From NCBI RefSeq assembly GCF_963921235.1, contig NC_086108.1, forward strand, positions 3,224,001 through 3,288,000: a stretch of DNA of 64,000 nt, written 5' to 3'. Source of the DNA: Mobula hypostoma. Taxonomy: Eukaryota. How positions within the stretch are numbered: the first letter of the stretch is position 1; the number at the start of each line of letters is the position of its first letter. Position numbers and translations under genes: made by a program. Positions 1 to 13,298 of the stretch are shown one piece after another. Under the pieces are notes generated by a model. It worked only from the letters and a program-made list of their open reading frames with translations, was not told the DNA's origin and made no database searches.

Positions 1-489
1 TTTGTTTGACCAGTCAGGGTTGTTAGCCCTGAGCTGAACCCCTGAACCTGGAGGACTGGTAGACCACTCAATCCAGCCTTTACCCTTTGACCTGTTTGGC
101 ATGGGAGGGTGACCCAAAAGCCAAAACATAAAGCCCTGACTCCTGCCACCATACAGTGGCTCTCCGGGTCATTGAGGCATACGAGCCTCTAAACTCTACA
201 ACATGGCTGTGGTCCTGTTGGAGGATGCAGACCTTGTCAAACTGTTAACTTGCCTAGTCCCACCGAGCCCCACCGAGACCATCGCCCTCTGTACCCCTCC
301 CATCCATGTACTGTTCCAAACTTCTCTTCAGCGGCGCAATTAAACCTACTTCAGCTGGAGGCTCACACCATTCTGAGCAAAGATCCCCCTTACACCCCTC
401 AAATATTTCACCTTTCACCCATAACCTATGACCTCTAGTTGTAGTAGTCTCACCTAACCTCAGTGGAAAAAGCCTGTTTGCATTTACCC

Positions 490-1256
490 GACCCAATTTA
501 CATCGGTTGTGCGCAAGTGGAACAGGTCAAAAGTTTTAAGGTCCTCAGGGTCAATATCACAAATGACCTGACTTGGTCCGACCAAGCAGAGTCCACTGCC
601 AAGAAGGCCCACCAGCACCTTTACTTCCTGAGAAAACTAAAGAAATTTGGCCTGTCCCCTAAAACCCTCACTAATTTTTATAGATGCACCGTAGAAAGCA
701 TTCTTCTAGGGTGCATCACAACCTGGTATGGAAGTTGTCCTGTCCAAGACCGGAAGGTGCTGCAGAAAATTGTGAACACAGCACAGCACATCACACAAAA
801 CAATCTTCCGTCCATGGACTCACTTTACACCGCACGCTGTCGGAGCAGTGCTGCCAGGATAATCAAGGACACCACCCACCCAGCCAACACACTGTTCGTC
901 CCTCTTCCCTCCGGGAGAAGGCTCAGGAGCTTGAAGACTCGTATGGCCAGATTTGGGAACAGCTTCTTTCCAACTGTGATAAGACTGCTGAACGGATCCT
1001 GACCCGGATCTGGGCCGTACCCTCCAAATATCCGGACCTGCCTCTTGGTTTTTTTGCACTACCTTACTTTCCCTTTTCTATTTTCTATTTATGATTTATA
1101 ATTTAAATTTTTAATATCTACTAATTTTAACTAGTTTTAATATCTTTAATATTTAATATTTGTAATCCAGGAAGAGTGAAGAGCGGAATCAAATATCGCT
1201 CTGATGATTGTACGTTCTAGTACTAATTGTTTGGCGACAATAAAGTATAAAGTATA
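490..1256 (+). mobile_element. Rex1/Babar-like LINE 3' end (RT C-terminus, 3' UTR, (aaagtat)n tail) inserted in a CR1 fragment
   Basis: ORF reads KKAHQHLYFLRKLKKF...FYRCTVESIL...FGNSFFPTVIRLLN. The flanking minus-strand CR1 sequence (240-489) resumes at about 1257. Confidence 0.85.
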
Positions 1257-2254
1257 AACCCCTGGTAATTTTGTATACCTCTGTCAGGAGGAGTTTGACA
1301 GATCCCAGTCACCAGAGATGGCCAGAAACACCACGCCACTTCTGTGGGCCGGGTAAGTTTCTGGAGCAGAGGAGATGCCACCGGCTGGGTGTGCTGGAAG
1401 CTGGAGATGAACTCTTGCAGGAAGAGTCAAATCCAGAAACCCCAACACTGTTCGGACAGTTTCCTTTGGTGAGGGAGACTAGGACCAGAGGGCTGAGGCT
1501 CAGAATAGGAGAACATCCATTCAGAACGGAGACGAGGAGGAATTTCTTTAGCCAGAGGGTGGTGAGTCTGTGGAATTTGTTGCCACAGGCGGCTGTGGAG
1601 GTCAGGTTGTTGGGTGCATATAAGGCAGAGGTTGATAGACTCCTGATTGGTTAGGGCATGAAGGGAGACGGGGAGAAGGCAGGAGACTGCGATGGAAATG
1701 GATCAGCCATGATGAAAAGGCAGAGCAGACTCGATGGGCTGAATGGCCTAATTCTGCTCCAAAGTCTTAAGGTCACATTATCTCGGAAACAAGATTAGCT
1801 TTAGATTTACATTTATATCAAAATTTTGAATAATACAGTGAAATGTGCCATTTGTGTCAACAATCAGCAGGGTCTGACGGTGTGCTGGGTGCAGCCCGCA
1901 AGTGTCACTACGCTTCAGAGCGTGGACACTACCCCGAAACCGACATCTCTGCAATGTGCGAGGAAAGCCGAGCTCCTGCAGCAAACCCACACGGTCACAA
2001 GGGCAACAAGAGGAAGGACGGTGAGGCCTTGGAGAGGTTTACCAGGATTCGAGGGTGTGTGCTATCACAAGAGGCTGCACAGACTTGGGTTGTTTGCTCT
2101 GGATTGGCGGAGGCTGACGAGAGATCTGATAGAGTTTTGTAAGACAATGAGAGGCAAACAGAGCGAGGCCTGTCATGGGGGGGAACTGTCTCAGATACTG
2201 AAGTGTAGTTTTGGGAACTATATTACTGATGGATCCTGGATCAATGGACTCTTT

Positions 2255-2575
2255 GTGAGTTGGGGAGGGGGTCAATGCTTTTGCCGGTGTAAGCTGGTGG
2301 GGGGGGGGGGTCGATGCTTTTGCTGGTGTGAGTTGGGGGGGTCGATGCTTTTACTGGTGTGAGTTGGGGGGGTCGATGCTGTGAGATGGGGGGTTGATGT
2401 TTTTGCTGGTGGGAGTTGGGGATGGAGGTGGATGCTTTCGCTGGTGTGAGTTGGGGGTTTGATGCTTTTGCTGGTGTGAGTTGGGGGGGTCGATGGTTTT
2501 GCTGGTGTGAGTTGGGGGAGGAGTTCGATACTTTTGCTGGTGTGAGTTGGGGGGGTCGATGCTGCTGCTGGTGCG
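2255..2575 (+). repeat. Degenerate ~29-bp G-rich minisatellite
   Basis: About 10 imperfect copies of gatgcttttgctggtgtgagttgggggggtc. Confidence 0.85.
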
Positions 2576-3252
2576 AAGTGTGGTGGGCTTCAGGCCTCCG
2601 ATGTTTCTCGTTCTGTGGGCTTTCTTTGTTTTGTGGATGTCTGTGAGGTGGATGAATTTCAGGTTGTACACTGTATATACTGTCTACTCTGATATTCAAT
2701 GTACTTTGAAACCTTTGAAACCTTGAAAATGCTGGACAACAGGTCAGGCAACATCTATTGAATGGCATAAACAGTCAACATTTGGGCCAACACTCTTGAT
2801 GGAGGAGTCCTGATGAATGGTCTCAGGCTGAAACGATAGATGCTGCCTGACCTGCTGAGTTCCTCCAGCACTCTGTGTGTGTTACTCAAGGACAACAAGA
2901 TGGGCTCCTGATCTCGCAGTCTACCACACTGTGATCTTGCACCTTATTCAAAGTTCAAAGCTCAAAGTCAATTTTGTTCTCAAAATACATACAGCATATG
3001 TCACCATATACAACCCTGAGATTCATTTTCCTGTGGGCATACTCAACAAATCTATAGAATAGTAACTGTAACAGAATCAATGAAAGACTGCCCAACTAGG
3101 CTGTTTAACCAGAGTGCAGAAAACAAACTAGGAAAACACAGAAAGAAGAAATAATAATAAAAATTAAATAAACAATAAATATCGAGTACATGAGATTGAG
3201 AACAGTCCTTGAAAGTGAATCCATTGGTTTTGGGAATATTTCAATGATAGGT

Positions 3253-3460
3253 TGAGTGAAGTTATCCACACTGGTTCAGGAGCCTGATGGTTGTGGGGTA
3301 ATAACTGTTCCTGAACCTGGTGGTGTGGGACCTGAGGCTCATTGTGGTGAGTGAAGTTATCCACACTGGTTCAGGAGCCTGATGGTTGTAGGGTAATAAC
3401 TGTTCCTGAACCTGGTGGTGTGGGACCTGAGGCTTCTGCACCTTCTCTCTGATGGCAGCA
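3253..3460 (-). repeat. About two copies of the same 95-bp unit inside a Rex1/Babar-derived fragment
   Basis: The same unit occurs at 3262 and 3357, embedded in a longer LINE-tail fragment (about 2950-3460). Confidence 0.9.
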
Positions 3461-3673
3461 GATGAGTGGGTGGGTGGGGGAAGGTGGTACGAAGTAAGAA
3501 GCTGGGGGTGGTAGGCAGAAGAGGTAAAGTGTTGAAGAAAAAGTAATCTGAGAGGGGAGGAGATTGCACTATGGGAGAAAGGGATGGAGGAGAGCACAGA
3601 GTTTGTTGGGCCAAAGGCTGAATCGCCTCTAGTTGCACAACACCTCTAAAGAAGAACGGAAGGAGCAGGTCAC

Positions 3674-4051
3674 CTTTAAATATCTCCTCCTCTTCCACAC
3701 TCTTCCCCGAATCCGATTTCTCGCTGTCATTGCAGCTGAGGGTATCCCGGTGTGTCTGAGGGGCCAGAGATCCTGCCGAGCGTTTTCTGCACCTGGTGGC
3801 CAAGCGAGAGTGCTGGAAGGTACAGGAGGGCCCAGCCTGTTGCAGCCAGCTGTCGCCGTGCTCCTTGAGGAAGAGGGGGTTGATGAAGAAGAGTGCCCCG
3901 TTCTCTCCGGTCACCTGGATGGAACACATTGGGAGGTGCTGATGCTTCAGGAGCTCTGCGGTGGATGTGGCTGGGTCTACCTCTATGGTGTCACCGGCGG
4001 CTTCCTGGGAGCTTCCATCTTGCTTTTGGTTCAGTGGCAAATCCCAGAACA
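3674..4051 (-). CDS. RIN-family gene exon (post-SH2 linker)
   Basis: Acceptor ccttgtttccatgcag and probable donor G|GTGACC; 378 bp, phase 1 to 1. Encodes FWDLPLNQ...CSIQVTGENGALFFINPLFLKEHGDSW...EEEEIFK, containing the RIN-type GAL.FINPLFL motif. The donor position is less certain than the acceptor. Confidence 0.85.
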
Positions 4052-4793
4052 CTGCATGGAAACAAGGAAGAGATTGACACTAGGTGGAGATACTAGCTGG
4101 GGCATTGAGTCCAAGAGTTGGGAAATCATTCTGAAGCTGTATAAAACTGTGGTCAGGCTGTACTCAGAGCTTTCCTACCGCACACTGATGCACAGTGGAG
4201 ACTATCTGGGCTGGTTGCATCATGGCCTGGTACGGGATCCCCAATACCCAGGAACAGAAAGTGCTGGATACAACCTAGTGCTTCACAAGCAAAGCCCTTC
4301 CACTGTTGAGCACATCTACAAGGAGCACTGCCAGGAGAAAGCAGCATCCATCATCAAGGACCTCACCATCCAGGCCATGCTCTCTTCTCACTGCTGCCAT
4401 TGAGAAGGAGGTAAAGGAACCTCAGGTTCAGGAACAGTTAGTACCATCAGGGTCCTGAACCAGCGTGGATAACTTCACTCACCTCAACTCTGAACCAGTC
4501 CCACAAATATCAAGGGCTCTACAACTCATGTTCTGAGTATTATTTATCATCTTAATTTGGATAATTTGACTACTTTGTACATTGGTTGCTTGTCTATCTT
4601 TTTCATGTAGAGTTTTTCATTAATTCTATTGTATTTCTTTATGTTCCTACAAATACCCACAAGACAATGAATCTCAGGGTTGTATATGGTGTCATATATG
4701 TACTTTGATGATAAATTTACATTGACTTTTTGACTTTGTGAAGTGTCCTTGAAGTGAGTCAATAGGTTGTGGAATTAGTTCAGAGTTATGATA

Positions 4794-6020
4794 AGTGAAG
4801 TTATCTACACCGGTTCAGGAGCCTGATGGTTGAGGGGTAATAACTGTTCCTGAACCTGGTGGTGTGGGACCTGAGGCTCATTGTGGTGAGTGAAGTTATC
4901 CACACTGGTTCAGGAGCCTGATGGTTGAGGGGTAATAACTGTTCCTGAACCTGGTGGTGTGGGACCTGAGGCTCATTGTGGTGAGTGAAGTTATCCACAC
5001 TGGTTCAGGAGCCTGATGGTTGTGGGGTAATAACTGTTCCTGAACCTGCTGGTGTGGGACCTGAGGCTCATTGTGGTGAGTGAAGTTATCCACACTGGTT
5101 CAGGAGCCTGATGGTTGTGGAGTAATAACTGTTCCTGAACCTGGTGGTGTGGGACCTGAGGCTCATTGTGGTGAGTGAAGTTATCCACACTGGTTCAGGA
5201 GCCTGATGGTTGTGGGGTAATAACTGTTCCTGAACCTGGTAGTGTGGGACCTGAGGCTCATTGTGGTGAGTGAAGTTATCCACACTGGTTCAGGAGCCTG
5301 ATGGTTGTGGGGTAATAACTGTTCCTGAACCTGGTGGTGTGGGACCTGAGGCTCATTGTGGTGAGTGAAGTTATCCACACTGGTTCAGGAGCCTGATGGT
5401 TGTGGGGTAATAACTGTTCCTGAACCTGGTGGTGTGGGACCTGAGGCTCATTGTGGTGAGTGGAATTATCCCCGCTGGTTCAGGAGCCTGATGGTTGTGG
5501 GGTAATAACTGTTCCTGAACCTGGTGGTGTGGGACCTGAGGCTCATTGTGGTGAGTGAAGTTATCCACACTGGTTCAGGAGCTTGATGGTTGAGGGGTAA
5601 TAACTGTTCCTGAACCTGGTGGTGTGGGACCTGAGGCTCATTGTGGTGAGTGAAGTTATCCACACTGGTTCAGGAGCCTGATGGTTGTGGGGTAATAACT
5701 GTTCCTGAACCTGGTGGTGTGGGACCTGAGGCTCATTGTGGTGAGTGAAGTTATCCACACTGGTTCAGGAGCCTGATGGTTGAGGGGTAATAACTGTTCC
5801 TGAACCTGGTGGTGTGGGACCTGAGGCTCATTGTGGTGAGTGAAGTTATCCACACTGGTTCAGGAGCTTGATGGTTGAGGGGTAATAACTGTTCCTGAAC
5901 CTGGTGGTGTGGGACCTGAGGCTCATTGTGGTGAGTGAAGTTATCCACACTGGTTCAGGAGCCTGATGGTTGAGGGGTAATAACTGTTCCTGAACCTGGT
6001 GGTGTGGGACCTGAGGCTCC
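4794..6020 (-). repeat. 95-bp minisatellite, about 13 copies, derived from the 3' coding end of a Rex1/Babar-like LINE
   Basis: ttatc anchors recur every 95 bp from 4801 to 5941. The minus strand encodes SLRSHTTRFRNSYYPTTIRLLNQ, homologous to the LINE C-terminus FGNSFFPTVIRLLN at 463-1002. Confidence 0.95.
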
Positions 6021-6315
6021 TAAGGACAGGTTTGCCACACCCTGTCCACATTTATAGCTTGGCTTGAGGTACAGGAGGGAAGCTGCTTCCTGTGGAACAG
6101 CCGCGAAGCACCGTTACCATCGGCGGGGAGTGTTGACAGGTTCAGGGTGGGCAGGGAGGGAGGACTAGGGGGTTGACACTTAACTCAGAGTGGGAGGTAG
6201 CAGAGCTGAAGTGAGAGCAGTGAGGAGGAAGCACAGGGAGGAAACGAGCCCCAGAATAAAGGAAGCCATATAAACTAATCACGAAAGCAAAGCCAGTGTG
6301 GTCAGATGAACTCAC

Positions 6316-6407
6316 TCATGCCAAGCGCTGAGATCTCCTCCAATTCCTCCTTGTAGGTGGCGCACAAGATGGCAAGTGGCAGTTGCAAGCGAGAGGGTAG
6401 AACATCC
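6316..6407 (-). CDS. RIN-family gene exon (end of SH2)
   Basis: Acceptor tatttgcacag and donor GTGAGT; 92 bp, phase 2 to 1. Encodes (R)DVLPSRLQLPLAILCATYKEELEEISALGM, similar to RIN2 RDVLPFTLKLPYAI...LEELAQMG. Confidence 0.92.
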
Positions 6408-7394
6408 CTGTGCAAATAGAACAGGTATTCGTGTTAGAAAGGGACCACAGGCACTCAATGCAATGACATTACAGGAGTTCCTTATTTCACATTGCAGTTT
6501 CCTGTTTTTGCAATTACAAAATATGTAAATCTTGGCAGCTTTTTTTTAAAGTTACATAGCATAAAAGAGTCTGTGCTGTTTTATGATGACCTACCTGGGC
6601 TTTGTGAATGAGTAACTGTGTGATTGCCATCCTCAGACACTAGGACTGCCACATCAATAGGCAACATGACAGAGGCAGGTGCTGCTCTGACCAGGGTGAC
6701 ATGAGAGACGCCATTTATCATGCCATGTTTCAGTACATCACGGGTAAAGCCCTCCCAACCATTGAGCACATCTACATGGAATGCTGTCGTAGGAAAGCAG
6801 CAGCCATCACCAGAGATCCCCACCCCCCAGGACGTGCCCTTTTCTCAGGTAGAAGATACTGGCACCGCCAGGTTCGAGAACAGTCGGTACCCTTGCACCT
6901 CCAGGCTCTTGAACAAAAGGGGTTAACCACACCTGTCTTTTGAGATGATCTCACTTTGAGGGCTCTTTATCTTGTTATTTCATGCTGTCGTTATTTATTG
7001 ACATTTGTTTATATTTGCATTTGCACAGTTGTCTTCTGTGTTCTTGCTCTTTCATTGATCCTGTTTACAGTTACTATTCTATAGATTTGCTGAGTATGCC
7101 CGCAGGAAAATGAATCTCAGAGATGTATGTGGTGACAGATATGGACTCTGATAATAAATTTCACTGTGAACAGGTGATGACAATCAACCAAATTATTAAT
7201 TTCACAATAACTGCACCAAAAATGGTCCTCTAAGACAATTTCTGGAATGGAACAGTTGTATGGGCCCTAGAGGACGGGCTGGCATTGGAGAGGGTACAGA
7301 GGACAATGATTCTGGGAGTGAAAGGGTTTATTTATGAGAAACATTTGATGGCTCTGGGCCTGTACTCACTGGAGTTCAGGAAAACAGGGGTGAC

Positions 7395-9910
7395 CTATCA
7401 TCAGGGAGCTCCACCACCCAGGACATGCTCTCTTCTAGCTGCCATCAGGCAGAAGGTACAAGAGCCTCAGGACCTCCACCACCAGGTTCAGAAACAGCTA
7501 CTACCCCTCAACCAACAGGCACTTGAATCAGAGGGAATAACTTCACTCAGCTTCCCTTGCCCCCATCATCGAAATGTTCCCACATCCAGTGGACTCATTT
7601 TCAAAGACTCTCCATCTTATGTTCTTGATATTTGTTGCTTAGTTATTTACTATTATTCTTTCTTAATTTCCTTTTGCATTTGCGCCAAGAAAGCACATTT
7701 GCACATTGTTGCCTTTTGCACTCTGGTTGAAGGTCCCAGTTGGTGTGGATTTTACGTAAAATATACTATAAGTTATAATAAGAGCAAATTTAGAAACAAT
7801 AATAGGTAGTGCAAAAGGAGAGCAGAAATAGCAAGGCAGTGTTCAAAGCTTCACAGTTCTTTCACAAACCTGATGGTCGATGGGAAGGAGCTGTACCCTA
7901 ATCGTGGTGTTTGTGGCAACAGGCTCCTGTACTTTGTCCCTGATGGTAACATTGAGCAGAGGACACGTTGGGGCTGATAGGGGTCTTTAATGATGGATGC
8001 AGCCTTTTTGAAGTTGTCCTGGATGCTGTGGAGGCTGGTGCCCACGATGGAGCTGGCTGAGTTTACAACTTTCTGCTGCTTTTTCCGATCCTGTGCAGAG
8101 GTCCCTCCGTACCAGCCGGTCAGAATCATTGAGTGTGTGCCTTCAGGCTCCTGTACCTCCTCCCTATCAGTAGCAGTGAGAAGAGGGCATGGCCTGGGTG
8201 ATGGGGTTCTTAATGATGGATGCTGCCTTTTTGAGGCACCGCTCCTTGAAGGTGTCCTGGATGCTGTGGAGGCTGGTGCCCATGATGGAGCTGATTGAGT
8301 TTACAACTCTCTGCAGTTTATTTTGATCCTCTGGCCCACCCCAACATACCAGACAGTGTGCAGCCAGTCAGAATGCTCTCCATGGTACATCAGTAGAAAT
8401 TTGAGTGTTTCAGGTGACAAACCAAATCTCCTCAAGCTCCTAATGAAATATAGCCACTGTCTTGTCTTCTTTGTATCAATATGTTGGGACCAGGTTAGAC
8501 CCTCAAAGATGTTGACAGCCGGAAACTCAAAATTGCTCACTTATTCCACTTCCGATGGCTCTGTGAGGGCTGGTATGTGTTACCATTTCTGAAGTCCACA
8601 ATCAGCTCTTTGGTCTTACTGACGGAAGAGCTGCAGCATCACTCAACTAACTGATCCTAAACCATCCTAACTGATCCTTTACACATTCTTAGCTAAGTAT
8701 CTGTTTGTTGAATATTTAGTTTTGTAGTCTGTGTAACCGGGAACTTAGATATTTGGTCGATTATTTTACAGTTTCTAAATGAATGCTTAATATACTTACT
8801 TGTGGTGAATGTTTTCTGCCTCATTCACCAAACCCGTGAACCTGCTTCCGCATCACACAGGTTAATCAGCAGCAGTGCACTGTAACTTACCTGCTGACAC
8901 AGTAGTAACCAATCAGCTGGAAGATGCTGGTAAACCCCAGGTAGGAATGTTCCAGGTAATAAACTGCATGAGAAAATAAATAATATTAATCTAGAATCGT
9001 GATCCCACACTGGCCTGAAGAAAGTTTACAGCATAAATAGGTAAAAGGTCAATGCTTACCCTCTGGTATTAGACATTCCTACCCTGTGAAACAGGTACTC
9101 TCTGTCCACTCGATCTGCCTCTCATAATCGTATAAACCTCTATCAGATCTCCCCTCAGCCTCCGACACGCCAGAGAAAACAACCCAAGTCTATCCAGCCT
9201 CTCATGATAGCACATGCCCTCTAAACCAGGCACTTCCTGGTAAACCTGTTCTGCACCCTCTCCAAAGCCTCAACATCCTTCCTATAGTGGGGCAACCGGA
9301 ATTATATTTGTACACGTAAAGGTGATAAATAATCGTCAGTCTAATTGAAATGTGAATCTCTCCTTTTATGAAATTCAGGAATAACTACCTCGGAGTGAGC
9401 AGGGGCAGAGGTCAAGTAGTATCAGATTCACTAGGATATGTCGTGAAATTTATTAATTTTGCGGGAGCAGTACAATGCAATACATGACAAATGTAGAAAA
9501 AACTGTAATACACTAAGTATATATATGTATTTTAAATAAGTAGTGCAAAAATAGAAATTAAAAGGTAGTGAGGTAGTGTTCATGGGTTCAATGTCCAGTC
9601 AGAAATTGGATGGCAGAGGGGAAGAAGCTGTTCCTGAATCGCTGAGTGTGTGCCTTCAGGCTTCTGTACCTCCTCCCTGATGGTAGCAGTGAGAAGAGGG
9701 CGTGTTCTGGATGATGGGGGTCCTTTATGGTGAATGCCGCCTTTTTGAGGCATCACTCCTTGAAGATGTCCTGGATACTACGGAGGCTAATGTCCATGAT
9801 GGAGCTGACTAAGTTTATAGCTGTCTGTAGCTTCCTTCGATCCTGTGCGATAGCCCCCACCCACCCCCCAACACCCCACCCCATACCAGAGGGTGATGCA
9901 GCCATTCAAG
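7395..9910. mobile_element. Cluster of Rex1/Babar-derived 3' fragments
   Basis: Repeated KAASIIKDP / aggtacaggagcctgaagg / gcatccatcatc motifs on both strands. Similar fragments occur at 4190-4735, 6735-7170, 50300-50840 and 59050-59410. Confidence 0.7.
8891..8963 (-). CDS. RIN-family gene exon (SH2 C-terminal half)
   Basis: Acceptor ttttctcatgcag and donor GTAAGT; 73 bp, phase 1 to 2. Encodes (V)YYLEHSYLGFTSIFQLIGYYCVS(R), similar to RIN LEGS...F.DLFRLIAFYCISR. Confidence 0.9.
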
Positions 9911-11051
9911 ATGCTCAAGCCCATTTCAACATGAACAGTGACAGGGCAGTCAGCTAACTCTAACCCCTCTCACCTCAGCCCATCAATCTCCGTACCACAG
10001 GGCCCACAACAATGAACGGAGAGTTTCAACCACCAGCGTAACAGGAAGAGACTCTCGTGTCCAAGCTCAAGTTTACCAGCAAAAGAAACAATGTTCCTCT
10101 GGGCCAAAGTACTCAACACAGTATAGGTAACTCTCTCGTAAAGCATAGAGTCATAGAGTATAGCAGAGAAACCTTCGGCCCATCTAGTCTGTGCTGAACC
10201 ATTTAGACTGCCTACTCCCATCAACCTGCACCCAGGACCATAGCCCTCCATACCCCTACCATCCAAACTTCTCTTAAACGTTGAAATTGAACTTGCATTC
10301 ACCACTTGTCCTGGCAGCTCATTCCACACTCTCACCACCCTCTGAGTGAATAAGTTTTCCCTCATGTTCCCCTTAAACTTCTCACCTTTTCACCCTTAAC
10401 CCATGACCTCTGGTTGTAGTCCCACCCAACCTCAGTGGAAAAAGCCTGCTTGCATTTATCCTATCTATACCTCTCATAATTTTGTATAGCTCTATCTAAA
10501 CCTCTCTCAATCTTCTACCTTCCAAGCGATAAAGTGCTAACCTATCCAATCTCTTCATACAACTCAGGCCTTCCAGTCCCAGCAACACCTTTTCTACTTT
10601 ATTGACACCTTTCCGGCGGTAGGTGACTACAACTGCACACAATACTCCAAATTAGGCCTCACCAACATCTCCATACAACTTCAACATGAAGTACTATTAC
10701 CACAAATAAATAAACAAATAATTAAAAAATATTCCAGTGATGATTGAGTTATGACAAGACTTTCCCCTCTCACTGGAAGCCTGAAATCGTGCAGATGACA
10801 GAGTGCAAAACTCAAGACTGGAAAGTTCATACATGGAATATGTGGGTACAGTGCCAGTGACCCGGGTTCAATTCTTGTCACTGCCTGTAAGGAGCTTGTA
10901 TGTTCTCCCCGTAACCGCGTGCGTTTCCTCCCACAGTCCAAAGACGTATGCGTTTCTCACATCTGGAGTGTTGCACACTGTTCTGGTCACCCCACTATAG
11001 GAAGGATGGTGAGGTTTTGGAGAGGGTGCAGAAGTGGTTTACCAGGATGCT

Positions 11052-11855
11052 TATCCGTGTAAGTGGAACAAGTGCTACACATGCCCTTACACTTCCTCCC
11101 TTACCACCATTCAGAGCCCCAAACAGTCCTTCCAGGTGAGGCAACACTTCACCTGTGAGTCGACTGGGGTGATATACTGCGTCCGGTGCTCCCGATGTGG
11201 CCTTCTATATATTGGCGAGACCCGACGCAGACTGGGAGACCGTTTTGCTGAACACCTACGCTCTGTCCGCCAGAGAAAGCAGGATCTCCCAGTGGCCACA
11301 CATTTTAATTCCACATCCCATTCCCATTCTGATATGTCTATCCACGGCCTTCCCTACTGTAAAGATGAAGCCACACTCAGGTTGGAGGAACCTTATATTC
11401 CATCTGGGTAGCCTCCAACCTGATGGCATGAACATTGACTTCTCAAACTTCCATTAATGTCCCACCTCCCCCTCGTACCCCATCCGTTATTTATTTATAT
11501 ATACACATTCTTTCTCTCTCTCTCCTTTTTCTCCCTCTGTCCCTCTGACTATACCCCTTGCCCATCCTCTGGGTTTTTTTTCTCCCCCTCCCCCTTTTCC
11601 TTCTCCCTGGGCCTCCTGTCCCATGATCCTCTCGTATCCCTTTTGCCAATCACCTATCCAGCTCTTGGCTCCATCCCTCCCCCTCCTGTCTTCTCCTATT
11701 ATTTTGGATCTCCCCCTCCCCCTCCAACTTTCAAATCTCTTACTAGCTCTTCCTTCAGTTAGTCCTGACGAAGGGTCTCGGCCTGAAACGTCGACTGTAC
11801 CTCTTCCTAGAGATGCTGCCTGGCCTGCTGCGTTCACCAGCAACTTTGATGTGTG
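11052..11855 (+). mobile_element. Penelope-like element 3' part (GIY-YIG endonuclease + pLTR with hammerhead motif), 13-bp TSD
   Basis: Encodes CKWNKCYTC...FTCESTGVIYCVRCSRCGLLYIGETRRRLGDRFAEH...VATHFN (GIY-YIG). TSD ttaccaggatgct at 11039-11051 and 11856-11868 splits a CR1 coding fragment. Confidence 0.92.
11761..11797 (+). ncRNA. Minimal type I hammerhead ribozyme motif in the Penelope-like pLTR
   Basis: Sequence parses as AGTC-CTGACGA-AGG gtctcgg CCT-GAAA-CG-TC^GACT, with the conserved CUGANGA/GAAA core, stem I AGTC/GACT, stem II AGG/CCT and a palindromic ACGT stem III. Predicted cut after C11792. Confidence 0.75.
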
Positions 11856-13298
11856 TTACCAGGATGCTGTCTGGTTTAGAGGACATGTGCTATCATGAGA
11901 GGTTGGATAAACTTGGGTTGCTTTCTCTGGAGTGTCGGAGGCTGACGGGAGATCTGATAGAGGTTTATATGATTATGAGAGGCAGAGATCGAGTGGACAG
12001 AGTGTATCTGTTTCCCAAGGTAGAAATGTCTAATACCAGAGGGCATGCATTGAGGATGAGAACGGGTAGGTTCAAGGGGGATGTGAGGGGTAAGTTTTTT
12101 GCTCAGAGAGTGGTGGATGTCTGGAATGTGCTGCCTGGTCTGGTGGTAGAGGCAAATACATTAGGGGCTTTTCAGAGACGTTTAGATCGATATGTGGAAG
12201 ACAGAGGGATATGGACATTGTGTGGAGAGGAGAGTTTAGTGTTTGGGTGTTTTTGATTTGCTATTTAGCTGGTCCAGCACAACATTGTGGGCCAAATGGC
12301 CTGTTCCTCTGATGTATTCTTGTGCTGTACTATGCTCTATGTATCCAAACTTCTCTTAAACATTGAAATCGAACTTGCATTCACCACTTGTCCTGGCAGC
12401 TCATTCCACACTCTCACCACCCTCTGAGTGAAGTCTCTCCTCATGTTTCCCTTAAATTTTCACCCTTAACCCATGACCTCTGGTTGTAGTCCCACCCAAA
12501 GCCTGCTTGCATTTACCCTATCTATACCCCTCATAATTTTGAATACCTCTATCAAATCTTCTACGTTGCAAGGAATAAAGTCCTAACCTATTCAATCTTT
12601 CCTTATGACTCGGGTCCTCCAAACTCGGAATCATCCTTGTACTCTCTCAACCTTAATTACATCTTTCCAGTAGGCAGGTCACCAAAACTGCACACAATAC
12701 TCCAAACTGGGCCTCACCAACATCTTATACAACTTCAATGTAACATCCCATCCCCTGTGTTCAGTACTTTGATTTATGAAGGCCGATGTGCCAAAAGCTT
12801 TTTTTTAATAGCCTTATCAACCTGTGACGCCACTAGGAACGAATTATGTACCTGTATTCCCAGATCCCTTTGTTCTACTGCACTCCCTCAGTGCCCGACC
12901 TTGGTTGGTCCTCCTGGAGAGCAACATCTCTCACTTGCCTGTTCAACTGTGAGTGCCCACAAGGAAATGTATTTCAGGATACTATATGCTGACCTATACA
13001 TATTCTGAGAATAGATTTACTTTGAACAGTGTTCAAAGAGCAGCCAATTACAGCCAGATGTCGATCAGGTTGAAGTACAACCAGGAACCAGAGACAGGAA
13101 TCGCTTCTGCCCAGAGACACCCAGGCCGTTTACAGCTGACCTTATTGCTGACAATAACATTTGCAGATTATCTAAACCTGAAAGTTAAAAATGTGAGAAG
13201 CACTCAGCAGGCCAGGCAGCATGTTGAAAAGAGAGATAAAGTTAACGTTTCAGGTCAAGCATCCTTCAGCAGAACATTAACACGAGATGCTGCAGACG

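Larger units (their letters stand above)
10140..12900. mobile_element. Nested CR1 3' fragments (- 10140-10685, + 10955-12340, - 12345-12900)
   Basis: FFTQRVVRVWNELP / RRLTGDLIEVY-type motifs on both strands; interrupted by a V-SINE and a PLE. Confidence 0.85.

Noticed and set aside
1285..1447. Possible further RIN exon in a unique-looking segment
   Set aside because: Weak acceptor, no recognisable RIN motif in any frame, and the phase-compatible frame ends in a stop.
3357..4052. 231-aa ORF as a complete gene
   Set aside because: Only 3674-4051 is exon-like. The remainder runs into intron and repeat sequence, and the apparent start overlaps the splice acceptor.
4801..5948. Series of 65-aa minus-strand ORFs
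   Set aside because: Products of the 95-bp minisatellite derived from a LINE C-terminus.
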